From Lingula anatina (taxonomy: Eukaryota; Animalia; Brachiopoda), in NCBI GenBank assembly GCA_051362555.1, contig CM120645.1, positions 1,798,001 to 1,862,000 on the forward strand: DNA of 64,000 bases. The letters run 5' to 3'. Below the pieces are notes generated by a model. The model made no database searches, was not told the DNA's origin, and saw nothing but the letters and a program-made list of their open reading frames with translations. Both the position numbers and the translations under genes were made by a program. Shown here in pieces: positions 1 through 12,900 of this stretch. The first letter of the stretch is position 1; every line of letters begins with the position of its first letter.

Positions 1-744
1 AAAACTGAAGAAATGCGCAACAGGACATACATTGCTACACTACATCTCATGTCAAACCTTTCAATGAAACCAATGACATTTCTGTTTTTTTTAAATCAAA
101 ATTGTCTTTTTCACTGAATTATTAGTCCATGTATAATCAACTATCAACAATACTTCATAACCAATTTCATCATCTACTGTATGGAAATCCTCGATAACCA
201 CTATGAAGCTAGCAACAATGGAGAAACATCCAGTGACTATTGTAGCAAATGTTCTGTTCCCAGGGTTGCCACCAGTTTTATATTTATCACATAGTTTGTA
301 CAGCAATATCCTGAACTTCAGGAAACTAAGATTAACTTTTACCCCTGGACACTCTACTCTGTCAGTTCCTTAACAACTCTGAAACTCGGGCAAACCCTTA
401 CTTATGGAAATTTTCCAATACCTCAATTATAGTTCTAATATCTTAATTGTTCAAGATTTAATCTTCTCAGTCACTTATGAAAATGTTCTTTTGGCATGGA
501 GCCAACCCGCACTCATCAAAACTTTTGAATCGCCATTTTCATTATTACTTTTAGGAACTATATTAATTAATTTTTTATTAATTTTTGAGAGTAATTTCCA
601 AAATGCCCCCAGACAAAAATTGCACATTTACATATTTATATCAGCACCCAAAACCTCGTCGTAATGAACATAGAAAATCTTCACATTTAACAAGAATTTT
701 TCTCCTGGTATCAGTTTCTCCACAGCAGACATTACCACATCCAA

Positions 745-902
745 TCAGAGACCATTTTGCACACCACTAGGGGGTGCTAGTAGTTCTTTAAATTCATGAA
801 GTGACTCTTTCAAAGCTTTAGAGACATGGGGGGATCCAGAAGTAGTGCAGTCTACTAAGTGTGGGTACAGCTGTATCACCTGGCTCCAGATGCTGGGGTC
901 AA
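745..902 (-). CDS. MON2: MON2 last coding exon ([18 protein letters not shown]...QNGL*)
   Basis: TTTCAG acceptor; TGA stop at 745-747. Confidence 0.93.
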
Positions 903-3900
903 CTGAAAAATTAATATTAAAAAAACAAATAAAGTAACAAATGGAACAAAAATTGTATTGTGGAAGATATATCTGACATGTCTTTAGCTTACAAAATCTG
1001 TCTTGTTGTGCAACAGTGCATTTTAGTCATGAAGATTACAGAACAAAGGGGAATGTCTCTCTGGTTATTAAAGACTGTCAGTCAAGAAAGCTGACTCCAC
1101 CACTTTTGGCATTAATTCTCTCTAGGTATTGAAAAACTGTCAGTCAAGAAGGTTGTCAACTGTCAGTCAAGAAGCTGGGAAGTATAGGTAAAATCTCCAC
1201 ATGTGTAATTTTCTGCATTTTGAAATCATAACCGTACTTACTGTTTGCTTGTGGTGCTTTCTTGAGTGAAGACAAAAGAGTTGCCACAGCTTTCAACACA
1301 GAACACATCTCTGCCATCCGGGGTCTGAAACAGAAAATATATTTTTTTGCCATGAAAAATTAATAATACGAAAGTGTTCACTCTTATAGTGCTATATTTT
1401 ATTTTCTAAATATGGGTGTCTACATGGTAGATGTTAACTAGGGGAGCTACTTCTTGTTCAGGTAGGTTCAATAAATGATGGATCTAAAAATCTTAGGTAC
1501 AGTATAAGGGGCACTCCCTGGGCAGGAATTGGGACAACCCAACATTGCCAGTATCTTTGCCAACAATCAAATTGAACATATTCTAAGAATGCCCTAAGTT
1601 CTTAAAGTGTTATTCTCTTCCTTATGTTTATTACCATGTCAAACCAACGATCTACAAGATTTGAAAACTGCAGTGTTGGCAAATGCAACCCTCATCGAGG
1701 CACAGCTTAAATGGTCAATCAAACCTGCTTAAGCAATAGCGCCACTTCATTAGGCATTTCAGCCTTACTTTGTCCTTGGTATTTAAGATGTACTTGCAGT
1801 CCCCCTGTGGCAGCTTGACTTAGCAACAGCAAACAAAGTGACGATTATTTTTTTAAATGCGCAGAAAACCAAATATTCATTTTGGTGTCACGCCAAGCTG
1901 TTGCATGGTAAGAAACTGTGAACACATTGCTGTGAAGCCACACCAAGCCTTCAAAACTGAACCATAGGGGGCACTAGTTGTCAGCTTGGTAAATACCTTG
2001 GCAGAGGACATTTTCCACTCAGCCTCTCGTCTTCCACAAACTTCTTAATGACGCCCTGGCATCGCTGTAACATGGAAGAAACGGCAAGGTCCGTTATCGT
2101 TCCCTCGCCAGTGCTGTATGCATTTGTGATGAAGGAGAACTGGAGTAAAGTCTCGAAGCACGCTTTGGCAAACTCTTCACGTAACTTACGACTAGAGTCT
2201 GTATCTGAAGGGAGAAAAATACAGGGAATGCTGGGAAATACTGAACAGAACTGACAATATGATCAGTTCTACAAGAACTTGGGCCTTCAGCTAGTTTTAC
2301 ACACACAGACATACATACACACACAAACACACACACAGTTCAGAGCAGTTTCGTAACTGCGTTTTTGGTCTTAAAACATGAAACATGAAGTAATGTTTTG
2401 CTTCAATTAAAAAAAATTAATTAGTGGAATTATTAATTCATTACAAAGCTGTGAAAGATTTTAACTTGAAGAGGATCTGGACAAAAACTTTGTCAATTGG
2501 TTCAAATTATCATGTTTAAGTGAATCCCACCCACCAGGCATGCTGAAGACTTTTAAAACAGTCAGACCAGCAATTATGAAAAATTTCTTGGACAGAAGGA
2601 CCTTTTACTGTAAGTTCAAAATGGCCACCCCATAATACTGTTACTGGTCCTGTGGACTGACTGAACACAATATTCTACCAGTCCTTCAAAAATTTCTCGT
2701 TCAAGTCCCTAAGGTACATGTAGGAACAACAGTTCCAGCCTGTGTGAAACCCAGTTAATTTCAGTACCTATGAAAGCATCAGTTGTGGCTGCATGTATGG
2801 AGCCCTGGTTTAGTATGTGCATGATCTTGATGACAAATTCCTTGGGCATGCCAGCGCCATAGGGCAGGATCTCATCCCGGATTACCTGAACAACCTGGAG
2901 CAATTGTGCACAGATTTAAATAGATCTATATACTAGACAGCAAAGCTGGCAAATACAAAGGCACCAAATATGGAAAAAAAGAGCACTACAACGATGATTA
3001 CTTAAAAAATGTAAGGATACCAAATAAGTAGAAAATACATAATTTAAAAATACAGATAACTTAAAAAAGCAACCAGTATCTTTATTTAAAATGTATGGAA
3101 GTTGGTTGATATATCTATAACGAAAATGCCAGCACAATGTGGCAGAATCTCATCCCAGATCACATAATTGTGTTAGGTGAGACTGAAACACATTCTGTAC
3201 ATTCTGGTGGATATGTGTTCAAGGAAACCATCTTTTTTAGGGTAAATTTAATTGGTCTGGCCTAGAAAATAGACTTGAGCCCAGTGAGCGAGTCATTTAA
3301 AAATGTACATTTAAATGGATTAAATTTACCTTTTGCACTTGATGAATTGATGAATACAAAAGAAAAACATGTTGGTGTTATTTTTGTGAAAAAAATCCCA
3401 TTTTAGCTGTCCTTTTGTAATATATCAGTATACATCAGTTCATCATAATCTACAGCATTGTGTATTCAGCTTATTCTCTTAATCTCAATTTTGACTTGTG
3501 TCCACAAGCAAGAGAACAGGTGGGAGAGCATGTACCACTTACCCTACAATCAATTGCCTCATCTCTCTGATAGTCTTCCACTGATGCTGTGGAAGGGGTA
3601 GGGCTGAAGAAGAGCAAACAGTGAGAGTGAATCAAAAGTGAGAAACTTGTTCAGAAATTAAAAATAAAATTGAAAAAATAAGTGAATGAATTAACAAAAC
3701 AGTATATAGATCAACTATCTTGGTTGTTATCTTTGGAGCAGTGGGGCCTGTTATTCCGTGCTTGTCACATATAAATCAATCAAAAAATCTGGTGCAACCT
3801 GTTAATTTTCCAGCTGTCACAAATAAAAGTAAACACAAATCTTAAGACAACCAGATGAAATAAGTTGTAATTGTCTAAAACCAGCCTAACAAGAAGACTT

Positions 3901-6900
3901 TCCTAAGTTTTCAACTTACTGTTTGGAGAACAGGAATTCTTCCAGTGTGTGAGCCAACTCTGACCACACACCCTCGTAAGCCACATCTGAAGGAAAGCAA
4001 ATAAATAAATAAATAAATAAACCTTCATATCTGCCACATTTTTCATCATATTTAAATTACAACATCTAGTTTACTATAAAGTTAGTGCCACTTGGCTATT
4101 ATAATCAAGAGCAATATGCAATCAGTTTTATACAGTTTATCTTAAATCAAATCTATGTTGAAATATTTGCTTTTTCAAATGATTAATTTTTAATCAAATA
4201 GCTACCGGTATCTGAAAATGCAACATTACTAATTCACACATATTTTGTAAATCATAAGAAATGAAAATATATGAATTGAACATCTCATAGAAATAAAGTA
4301 TTAAGCAATAACATAGACACTGTCTTCCTGGGGCAGACGTCTGAATATTGTGACACAATGAAATATAGGCAGAGTAATAACTTGGAATTTAGCTGCTGTT
4401 TCAGCAAACTATTATTATCCTATTATATTTACAGTTAGCCTGTTCTTTTACATGCAGATGTATTTCAAGGACATGCAACATCCTCTTTAAATAATGGTAT
4501 GAATACACTGCCCAAGAATGGCATTTTTATGCAAACTATAAATGCAAGGAATGCAAATGACTGTATTGTTGGTGAACATGTAGATTATTTCTGACTTTGG
4601 AAATCAATAGTGACTGAGAAAGTACAGTAAAACTCAGCAACGGAAACTTGAATATTTGTTAATAGTTTATTCTCTTGACAAAATCATGTGAATGGTTTCT
4701 TTAAAGGTAAAGGCCACTTGTTTTACCAAGATAAAGATAGTTTAAAGGTTAATTAGCACTATACATGTATTATCCACTTACATCTCTGTAAAAAACTTTC
4801 ATTCACAAGTGGATGGAAAAGGCAAAGATATTTGAAGAAATTATTTTAATATACAAACAAAAAATCTTAAGGGGGGGTGTGTGTGTTCACATTAATTAAT
4901 TTCATTTCACTAACCTTTCAGTTTATCTGCCTTAACACTGGATGAACTACATCTTTCACTGTATATGAACGATAAAATTAATCCTGCACTAACTTTTCTG
5001 GATAGTTAAAATAACACCTGACTATCACAACTGTTATCAAAATCTGTTCAAATTTGCTGACTCACCATGCTTCCTGGCCACAGGCAGACCCACTATGAGC
5101 ACCGAGATGAGAGAGTTGATGGCCAGGACCCATGTCGTGGGTGAGGGGCAGCCATATTTGGCACTCAAGGGAACACGCAATGTCTGAAATCATAAAGAGA
5201 GTGTTACTTGTAAATGAGAGAAAAAAATCACTGCCATGCACCTTAAGAGAGTTCTTTAAGGAAATACGGAGAAAGCATGCACTTATTGATTCTGTTATAA
5301 ATACTATATGTCACCATCAGTTTGTTTTTTAGTCCACTTAGATGATATACATCATAATTTAAAATGAAATCAATTCTAAAAAGGTTTGACGAGTTGTTGA
5401 GCCTGAAAGACAAGGTTTTGATCATTTTTCAAATAATATTAAATATATGATGGACTCATCAATGTTAATTCTCTATCGTACAGGCAGACTTTCAGTTACA
5501 TTTTCTGCCTACAGATGGCAGCACCTTTCAGTCCATAAAACTGACTGAAAATTTGGTGCTCATTCCCCAGTTTCTGGGGATAAAATTCACCAAAGAACTT
5601 GAGCCCAATTACTGGTCTTACTCCCTTAGGCTAATTTTTTTTGTACAATTCAGTATAAGATAATTCCATAGTTGTCCATGTAAGTAAAGTAATGGTCTGA
5701 AACTTAAGCCATGTATTCCTTAATTCTTATGAAGCAGACAAAAAATTCATTTAATTTGGAGTAATACTGATTTTTCTTGGGTCAAAAGAGACAAAATTTT
5801 GGTGTGAAAGTTCAGACCAAAACCCAGGTTAAATTGATTTTGTGACATAGGTCCCAATGCGTACAAACATTCTGTACGAGTAACCATAGAAACAGGAGCA
5901 GACGACATTGCACAATTCTGTCCAATAACAAGCAGTCAATGTAATACCCCTGTATTATTTTGTAACATTACTTAAAGCTTGTCTAAGTAATTGTTGATGA
6001 TATCCGATTGTGGGTAAATCTGTCTGGGTTTGGATAATATTACTCAACTTCAGCTCAACACGCTGCCTGTTTGTTTTCCTCATGTTATACAATTTCAAGA
6101 CACCGTTTTCCTTCAATGTCAGTAAGGCGCAGGTGAATATTTTAGATACCTGGTAACTTTTATCGCTAGATTCTTTGTTTCATTTATAAGAATTTTATAT
6201 AATTTTATCTACAATTTTCTACAATTCTCTTGCTGTTCACATAGTGACATATATTTCACTGTATAGTTGGACTACTTTTGGTAGCAAGAAATGAATATTA
6301 TAATTATAATATAATTACATAATGGAATTATTAAAAGTCAATAACCAAAAGCAAATAAAAAAGTGAACATATTTTGAATTATTGAATATGCAAAAATGCC
6401 TTTTTTTCTTTCTCTTCAATTAAGTTAACAAAAACATAATGCCCTACATTAGATGAAGCAGTTTTACTTTTCTTGAGTTCCTTTGCTTTAAGAGATTAAA
6501 GAATAGATAAAAATAAAAATTTATAAATTGAAAACATTAAATATGTGCAGAAGTCTCTCCTAATTGTGTACCATATTATTTTAGGTATTCCACTTCACCT
6601 TCAGTTGATTTGAAAGAAACAAAATCACAGTGTTTTGAAATACTGCAGACAAACAAATATTTCACTCTCATTCAAACAAACATGTTGTTTTCTAAAATAT
6701 TTTGACTGATTTATTTAAGCACTACTGACTTCAACACAACAATTTAAAAATTAAATTTTGGAGCACTGTATGATATAAGATAATTTTTGCCTAAGTAAAA
6801 GAAAATTTTTTTCACATCCCAAGTAGATTTAATTTGTTTACTTCTGTTCTGGAAAATCTTCAATGATTGTTACTGGTGCTAATATTTTGCCCATGAAAAA

Positions 6901-9900
6901 AAAAAAAAAAAAAGAGCTGGCAAACATACAATGACATCAGATCCAGAATATATTGTGGTCTCACAGATAATGAAACAAGAACTGTATACCCCTTTTTCCT
7001 TCAGAAAATTCTTGACTGATTTGCCTAGTTATCAAATGAGGTAGAATTAGGACCACAGACAAGCACGAAAAACAGGTTAATTGCATAATTAGTGGCAGTC
7101 CTTTGCCTATCATTTCTTAGCTGAAAATAAAATTTCAATTAGATAAAGAAACTGAGATGTGCTTTACACAAATACAAATGTAGTGTATTAGCCTATGGAT
7201 CGTTTACGCGTCACGCCAGGTGTCGCATGACACCTGGTACCATGTGACTTGACGCGGGAATCTTGAATGTAAGAAAGCAGAACTCACAACAATGGCGACA
7301 AGGATGGTCACATTTTATTACGTTGAATGATAATTTTACGATTTTAAACAACATGGAGCCTCTATGCTCAAATGAAATTGACAATAGTTGTGAGGAAACA
7401 CGGATTACACATATGGAAAACGAAATTAGACACTTGAACTCAAAATTTGAAGGACTATGTGAAAACGTTTATAAAATGACAGAAGGACTGCAGAAATTTC
7501 AAACAGAATTTATCTCATATATGAGACGAGACAATCCATCCTTATTGGAAAATTCAGCTGCACCCTTGACTCATGCTCAGCAAGGACACATTGAGATAAA
7601 TGATCCTCATGATGCCGATGCTCCACCTGTCTCTGTTACTTCAACGGAGTCTTCAACTCATGGTTTATCTGAGCGAATAAGTTCAAATGCTGATTTTATA
7701 CCAGACCCGGGGCAACCAGTTGTCAGTGTCCCAACCGTTCCAGCGTACCGTTATGGACGTCAGAATTATGATGCGAGAGGGCCACATCTACAATTCTGTG
7801 AGGATGTACCCAGATTTACTCCCACGCAAAGATCGCGGCCAGTGGACACTCCCCTGTATACTGACGAAAACCGACAACCACCTCCAACAGGTAGGTCATT
7901 TCCCATATACAATGAGTCACACATTACCTGCCTCCAGCCGCCCACCCGTTTTCAATCATATGATGGAAGTACTAACTTCTATTCATATTACGTAAAATTA
8001 TGTTGCGTTGCTGAGAGCAAGGGATGGGGAGTCAAAGAAATCTATGAAATCATGATCACCTCACTAGAAGGTAAAGCCCTCGACGAGTTTGTAAAACTAC
8101 CTCCTAACGAAAGAATGCACCTACACAGTGTTGTGGATACCCTTATGAAATGTTTCGGAAAAACTGAAAATTCATCATTGGCGCGAACAGAACTGGCCGC
8201 TATAAAACAAAAAGAAAACGAAAGCTACGAAGAATTTGGCTCACGTGTGAGAATATTAGCGTTGTCTGCCTACCGTGGTACTGGCCTATTCAATCAAATG
8301 GCCACTGAATCGTTTTTACGTGGGTGTTCAGATAAAGATTTAGTGGGAAAAGTGATGTGCATGAGACCTAGAACATTAGAAGAGGCGGTCGAAAATGCCC
8401 GTACGTGTGGAGCAAATATGCAAATTTTGGGATTACGCAATGAAAACTGTAATAAGCAAGTGCGCAAAGTTATTTTTAAAGAACCCCAGTCTCCATGTAC
8501 AGATCATATTGAGCGTCAAAATCCACCAAATGTGACTCGCGTTCAGTTTTCACCTCGTAGCTCGAGTCCTAATCGGGCAAAATCATTTCAGTCGAATGAT
8601 GCAGAGCAGAGGTTGCAAAACATTGAATCCTCGTTGTTAGAATTGATTCAGTTATTCCGTCAGTCCGTGAACCAAACACAAAAGGGCAATGACACTCAGT
8701 TTGGTACACCCCCTAGGGGCATCACAAGGTGCTATAATTGCCATGAAACGGGTCACATAAGCACAAATTGTCCCCAGAAAAACAGTGATTCGTTAAACCG
8801 CAACAGGTCGCCTGTGCGGTCCAACAATCGACCTCAGCTGCAGTAGGACCAAATCTGATCCCACACACCGTTTATTGTAATGGCATGGCCAAAGGCGAAA
8901 GTTTAGTGGTCCCCATACATGTCAATGGAATCAAAACTAACGCTGTTATCGACACGGCAGCGCAAGTGACCATAGTAAGTGACAAGCTGTTATCACAAAT
9001 TACTGGAGAAATTACTTACGGCGGGTACCATGACATAAAAGGTATACCGCAGATTAGCTTACGAGCAAGAGAAATAAAAGGCCTAAAATTAGCAATTGGT
9101 TCAGAAGTGTATGAATGGACAGCACTTGCAGCTCCTATCCCAGACAATGTTTTATTGGGTTTAGATTTCTTGAAAATGTTTGAGTGTAACATCTGTCTGG
9201 AAAACAATTTCATATCGTTGACCAGACCAGATTCTTCAGATAGAAGACGCAATAAAGTTCATGCCTCTATAAGAAAAGGTAGTGACAATTATTTAGTGGC
9301 AAATCGTGTTATTTTATCAAAGAAAGTTGCTGTTCCACCGCATTCTGAGAAGTTTGTTCAGGTTCCCTTTGTGGCGGAAAGGAACAAAACCTTTTTACTC
9401 AACGCCCCTAAACATGATCAGAAGGGTCTTTCGGTGCCCTATGGGTTGATAAGCACCGATTTTACGGATGCTTGCCTCAGTTGTTCAATCGCTCTAAGGA
9501 ATGAGACTGATAAGTCAATTACCTTAAAAGCAGGTCATGTGATGGGTGATTTGGAAGAGATTGAGCGTGTACTGGGATATCCTGAGAGTTTTGACAGTTC
9601 GAATGTGCACCAGTCTTTCTCGGTGTTGAAAGTTGATGTGAACTCTAACGATGTGGAGAATAATATTCCTGAACACGTGCGTGATTTGTGGAAACGATCT
9701 AGTGAGGATTTGTCTGATGAGCAGTCTCTCAAATTAGGCAATCTTTTGATAAAATATGCCGATGTTTTTTCCAAATCTGAATTTGATATCGGTCATTTTA
9801 CAAAGATTAAACATAGAATTGATACCAACGAAGCAAAGCCTATTAAACAAAGACTGAGACGCACACCTCTGGGTTTCGAGCAAGAGGAAAAGGCAACATT

Positions 9901-12900
9901 AGATAAATTGTTAGCCGCTGACATTGTGCAACCCTCTTGTTCCGAATGGGCATCCTCTCCTGTTTTAGTGAGAAAAAAGGACGGCACTTTGAGATATTGC
10001 ATAGATTTTCGTGCTTTAAATAAAGTGACCGTTAAGGATGTGTATCCACTACCGCAAATAGACGAATGCTTAGATGTTTTAGCGGGCACTCGGTATTTCA
10101 GCACTCTTGATATGAACTGTGCTTATTATCAGGTTGAAGTTGAGGAAAGCTCCCGGCCTAAAACCGCTTTTATGACCAAGTACGGTTTGTTTGAGTTTAA
10201 GAGACTACCGTTTGGTTTGACTAACAGCCCTGCTACTTTCATGCGAGCAGTCAATTCAGTTCTGCATGGTTTGACGTGGAGACAAGTACTCGCTTACTTG
10301 GATGATGTTGTTGTGCTTGGGAACAGTTTTGATGATTCTATAGCCAATATTGCACTGGTGTTGGATAGATTCAAAGAAAATGGATTGAAATTAAAACCAT
10401 CCAAGTGTTCATTACTCAAAAGGAGTGTTCTCTATTTGGGCAAATTGGTAGATGAGAATGGCATTGCTCCAAATCCTGACAGTATAAAAGCAGTTCAACG
10501 TTGGCCACGTCCAAAATGTAAGAAAGATGTGGAAAGATTTCTTGGTCTAGTTAATTACCATAGAAGTCACATAAAATGTTTTGCTGCTATGTCTGGTATA
10601 CTGTATGATTTGACCAAAAACAAAAGTGTTTTTAATTGGACTAATGAACACGAAGTTGCATTCAATGACTTGAAACAGGCTTTGGTCCATAGTCCCGTGC
10701 TGAGCTTTCCAGACAGTGATGGTTTATTTATTTTAGACACGGACGCTAGTGATACTTGTATTGGAGCTGAGCTCATACAGGTGCAAAATGACACTGAAAA
10801 GGTCATTAGTTATGGCAGTTTTGCTCTCACTCCTAGTCAACGTCGTTATTGCACGACTAAAAAGGAGCTTTTAGCAGTAGTCCGATTTACTCGGCAGTAC
10901 AGGCACTATCTACTTGGTAGAAAGTTTGTAATAAGGACAGATCATTGCAGTTTGACTTGGATCATGCGTTTTAAATTGCTCAATGGTGTTTTAGCAAGGT
11001 GGATGGAGGAATTGGCCCAGTATGATTTCGAAATTCAGCACAGATCGGGAAAAAACCACAGTAATGCTGATTCATTGTCACGCATTCCTCTTCAGCACAA
11101 AGACTGTTATTACTATGAAGATGGTTGTGATGTGACAAAGTTACCTTGTGGAGGCTGTCATCACTGTACCAGGCTTCATGAAGAATGGGACAGATTTAAT
11201 AAAGATGTCGATTACATAGGGCCCCTGTCTCTAAGAAGCGTGAAAACTGTTACACCTGCCGTAGACCCACCCAGGGAAAATACTGGGAATGTTGAATTGT
11301 TTGCAAAGTATACAGCAAGTCAACTCAGAGAAGCGCAATTAAAAGATCCTCACTTATTAAAGGTGATAGGTTGGATTGAGGAAAATGTAAGTCCTTCTCA
11401 AGAGGAGTTGCAACTATGCTCGACAGCTGTGAAATTTTTATGGACAAACTTCAATTTGCTGTCCATGAAAGATGGTGTTTTATATTACAGCAGGTTTGAT
11501 AAAAGCTCTTTTAACCCTCTTTTGGTATTACCCAAAGAATTTCAACAGGAAGCCTTATCATTGTGTCATGACCCTGTTATTTCAGGTCATCAAGGGATTT
11601 CTCGGACTCTTTCTAAGTTGAGACAAAGTGTATTTTGGTATGGAATGACTACCGACTGCAAACTGTATGTCAATTCATGTGTGGCCTGTGAAAAAAATAA
11701 AAAGGCAAACAGGAAATTCAGAGCTGAATTGCAAAATTTCCATGCCGGTGCACCTTTAGAGAGAGTTCACATAGATATTTTAGGACCACTTACTCCCAGT
11801 AAATCAGGGAATAAGTACATTTTAGTTGTCGTATGTCAGTTCACTAAATGGGTGGAAGCGTATCCATTAGCGGACCAAACTGCAGATACGGTTAGCAAAA
11901 CATTGGTAAACAATTTCATTGCTAGGTTTGGTTGTCCAACTATCATACATTCCGACATGGGTGCCAATTTTACAAGTGAATTGTTTAGTAATGTTTGCAG
12001 TTTACTGTCCATTAATAAAACTCAAACCAGTCCGTACAGGCCGAGTTCGAATGGCGCCGTCGAGCGTCAGAATAGGACTATCATGCAGTGCATACGGTGT
12101 TATTTGGAAGGACAGGACAGTAATTGGGATGAACATTTATCTTTAATTACAAGCGCAATCAGGGCGGTCCCTAACAGACAAACAGGTCTGACCCCAAACA
12201 TGTTGATGTTTGGAAGGGAAACTAGACAGCCCATTGATTTTACGTTTGGTTTAAAATCTATTAAAGGAGATGTTGAACCAAATAGCTATGTCATGCAATT
12301 AAAAGAGAAGCTAGAGAGCGTTCACGAGTTGGCCAGAAAATGTCTCGGCGAAAATTTAAAGACACAAAAAGCGTACTATGACGCAAATGCCAGACAGACA
12401 CAATATTGTAAAGGTGACTTAGTGTATAGATATAATAACATGTCAAAACCCGGTCGTTCAAAGAAATTACAGCCTGTATGGCTCGGTCCCTTCAAAATTA
12501 TTGAGGTGCTTTCTCCAATTTTGTATAAGATAAAAACAAAAAGAAAAGTTGTGGTGGTGCATCATGATCACTTAAAGCCCTGTAAGGGAAGGGGGGCCCT
12601 AAAACCCTCCAAAGCTAAATGTGTGACTCCTCCTAATGTGGATGATGACCAACCACAAGGTGATAGAACTGTCAAAGATGCTGTTGTTACGAGAAGTGGC
12701 AGAACAGTTATACCTCCAATACGTTATTGTTGAGAGGAAGACTCAGAACTAATGAGGTTATTATTAACAGATGTGACAGCGATATCCACTACAATACGTT
12801 ATGCCAAGGACAAGTTACTGAGATAATGGGACATTTTCTGTGAACTCTATTGACTTTGAACCGAACATTGACTATGTTTTACATACATATATTGGCTACA

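Noticed and set aside
1074-1178. Three ACTGTCAGTCAAGAA copies in the last MON2 intron, similar to about 55330
   Set aside because: Short decayed dispersed repeat with no structural hallmarks
7263-7352. N-terminal extension of Gag in the ORF track
   Set aside because: Starts at a TTG inside the LTR and crosses the PBS; the first in-frame ATG is at 7353
8777-8783. G_AAA_AAC as the gag-pol slippery site
   Set aside because: A -1 shift here meets TGA at 8786-8788, so it cannot produce Pol
12584-12596. Second polypurine tract AAGGGAAGGGGGG
   Set aside because: Within the integrase tail coding sequence; nothing independent supports it
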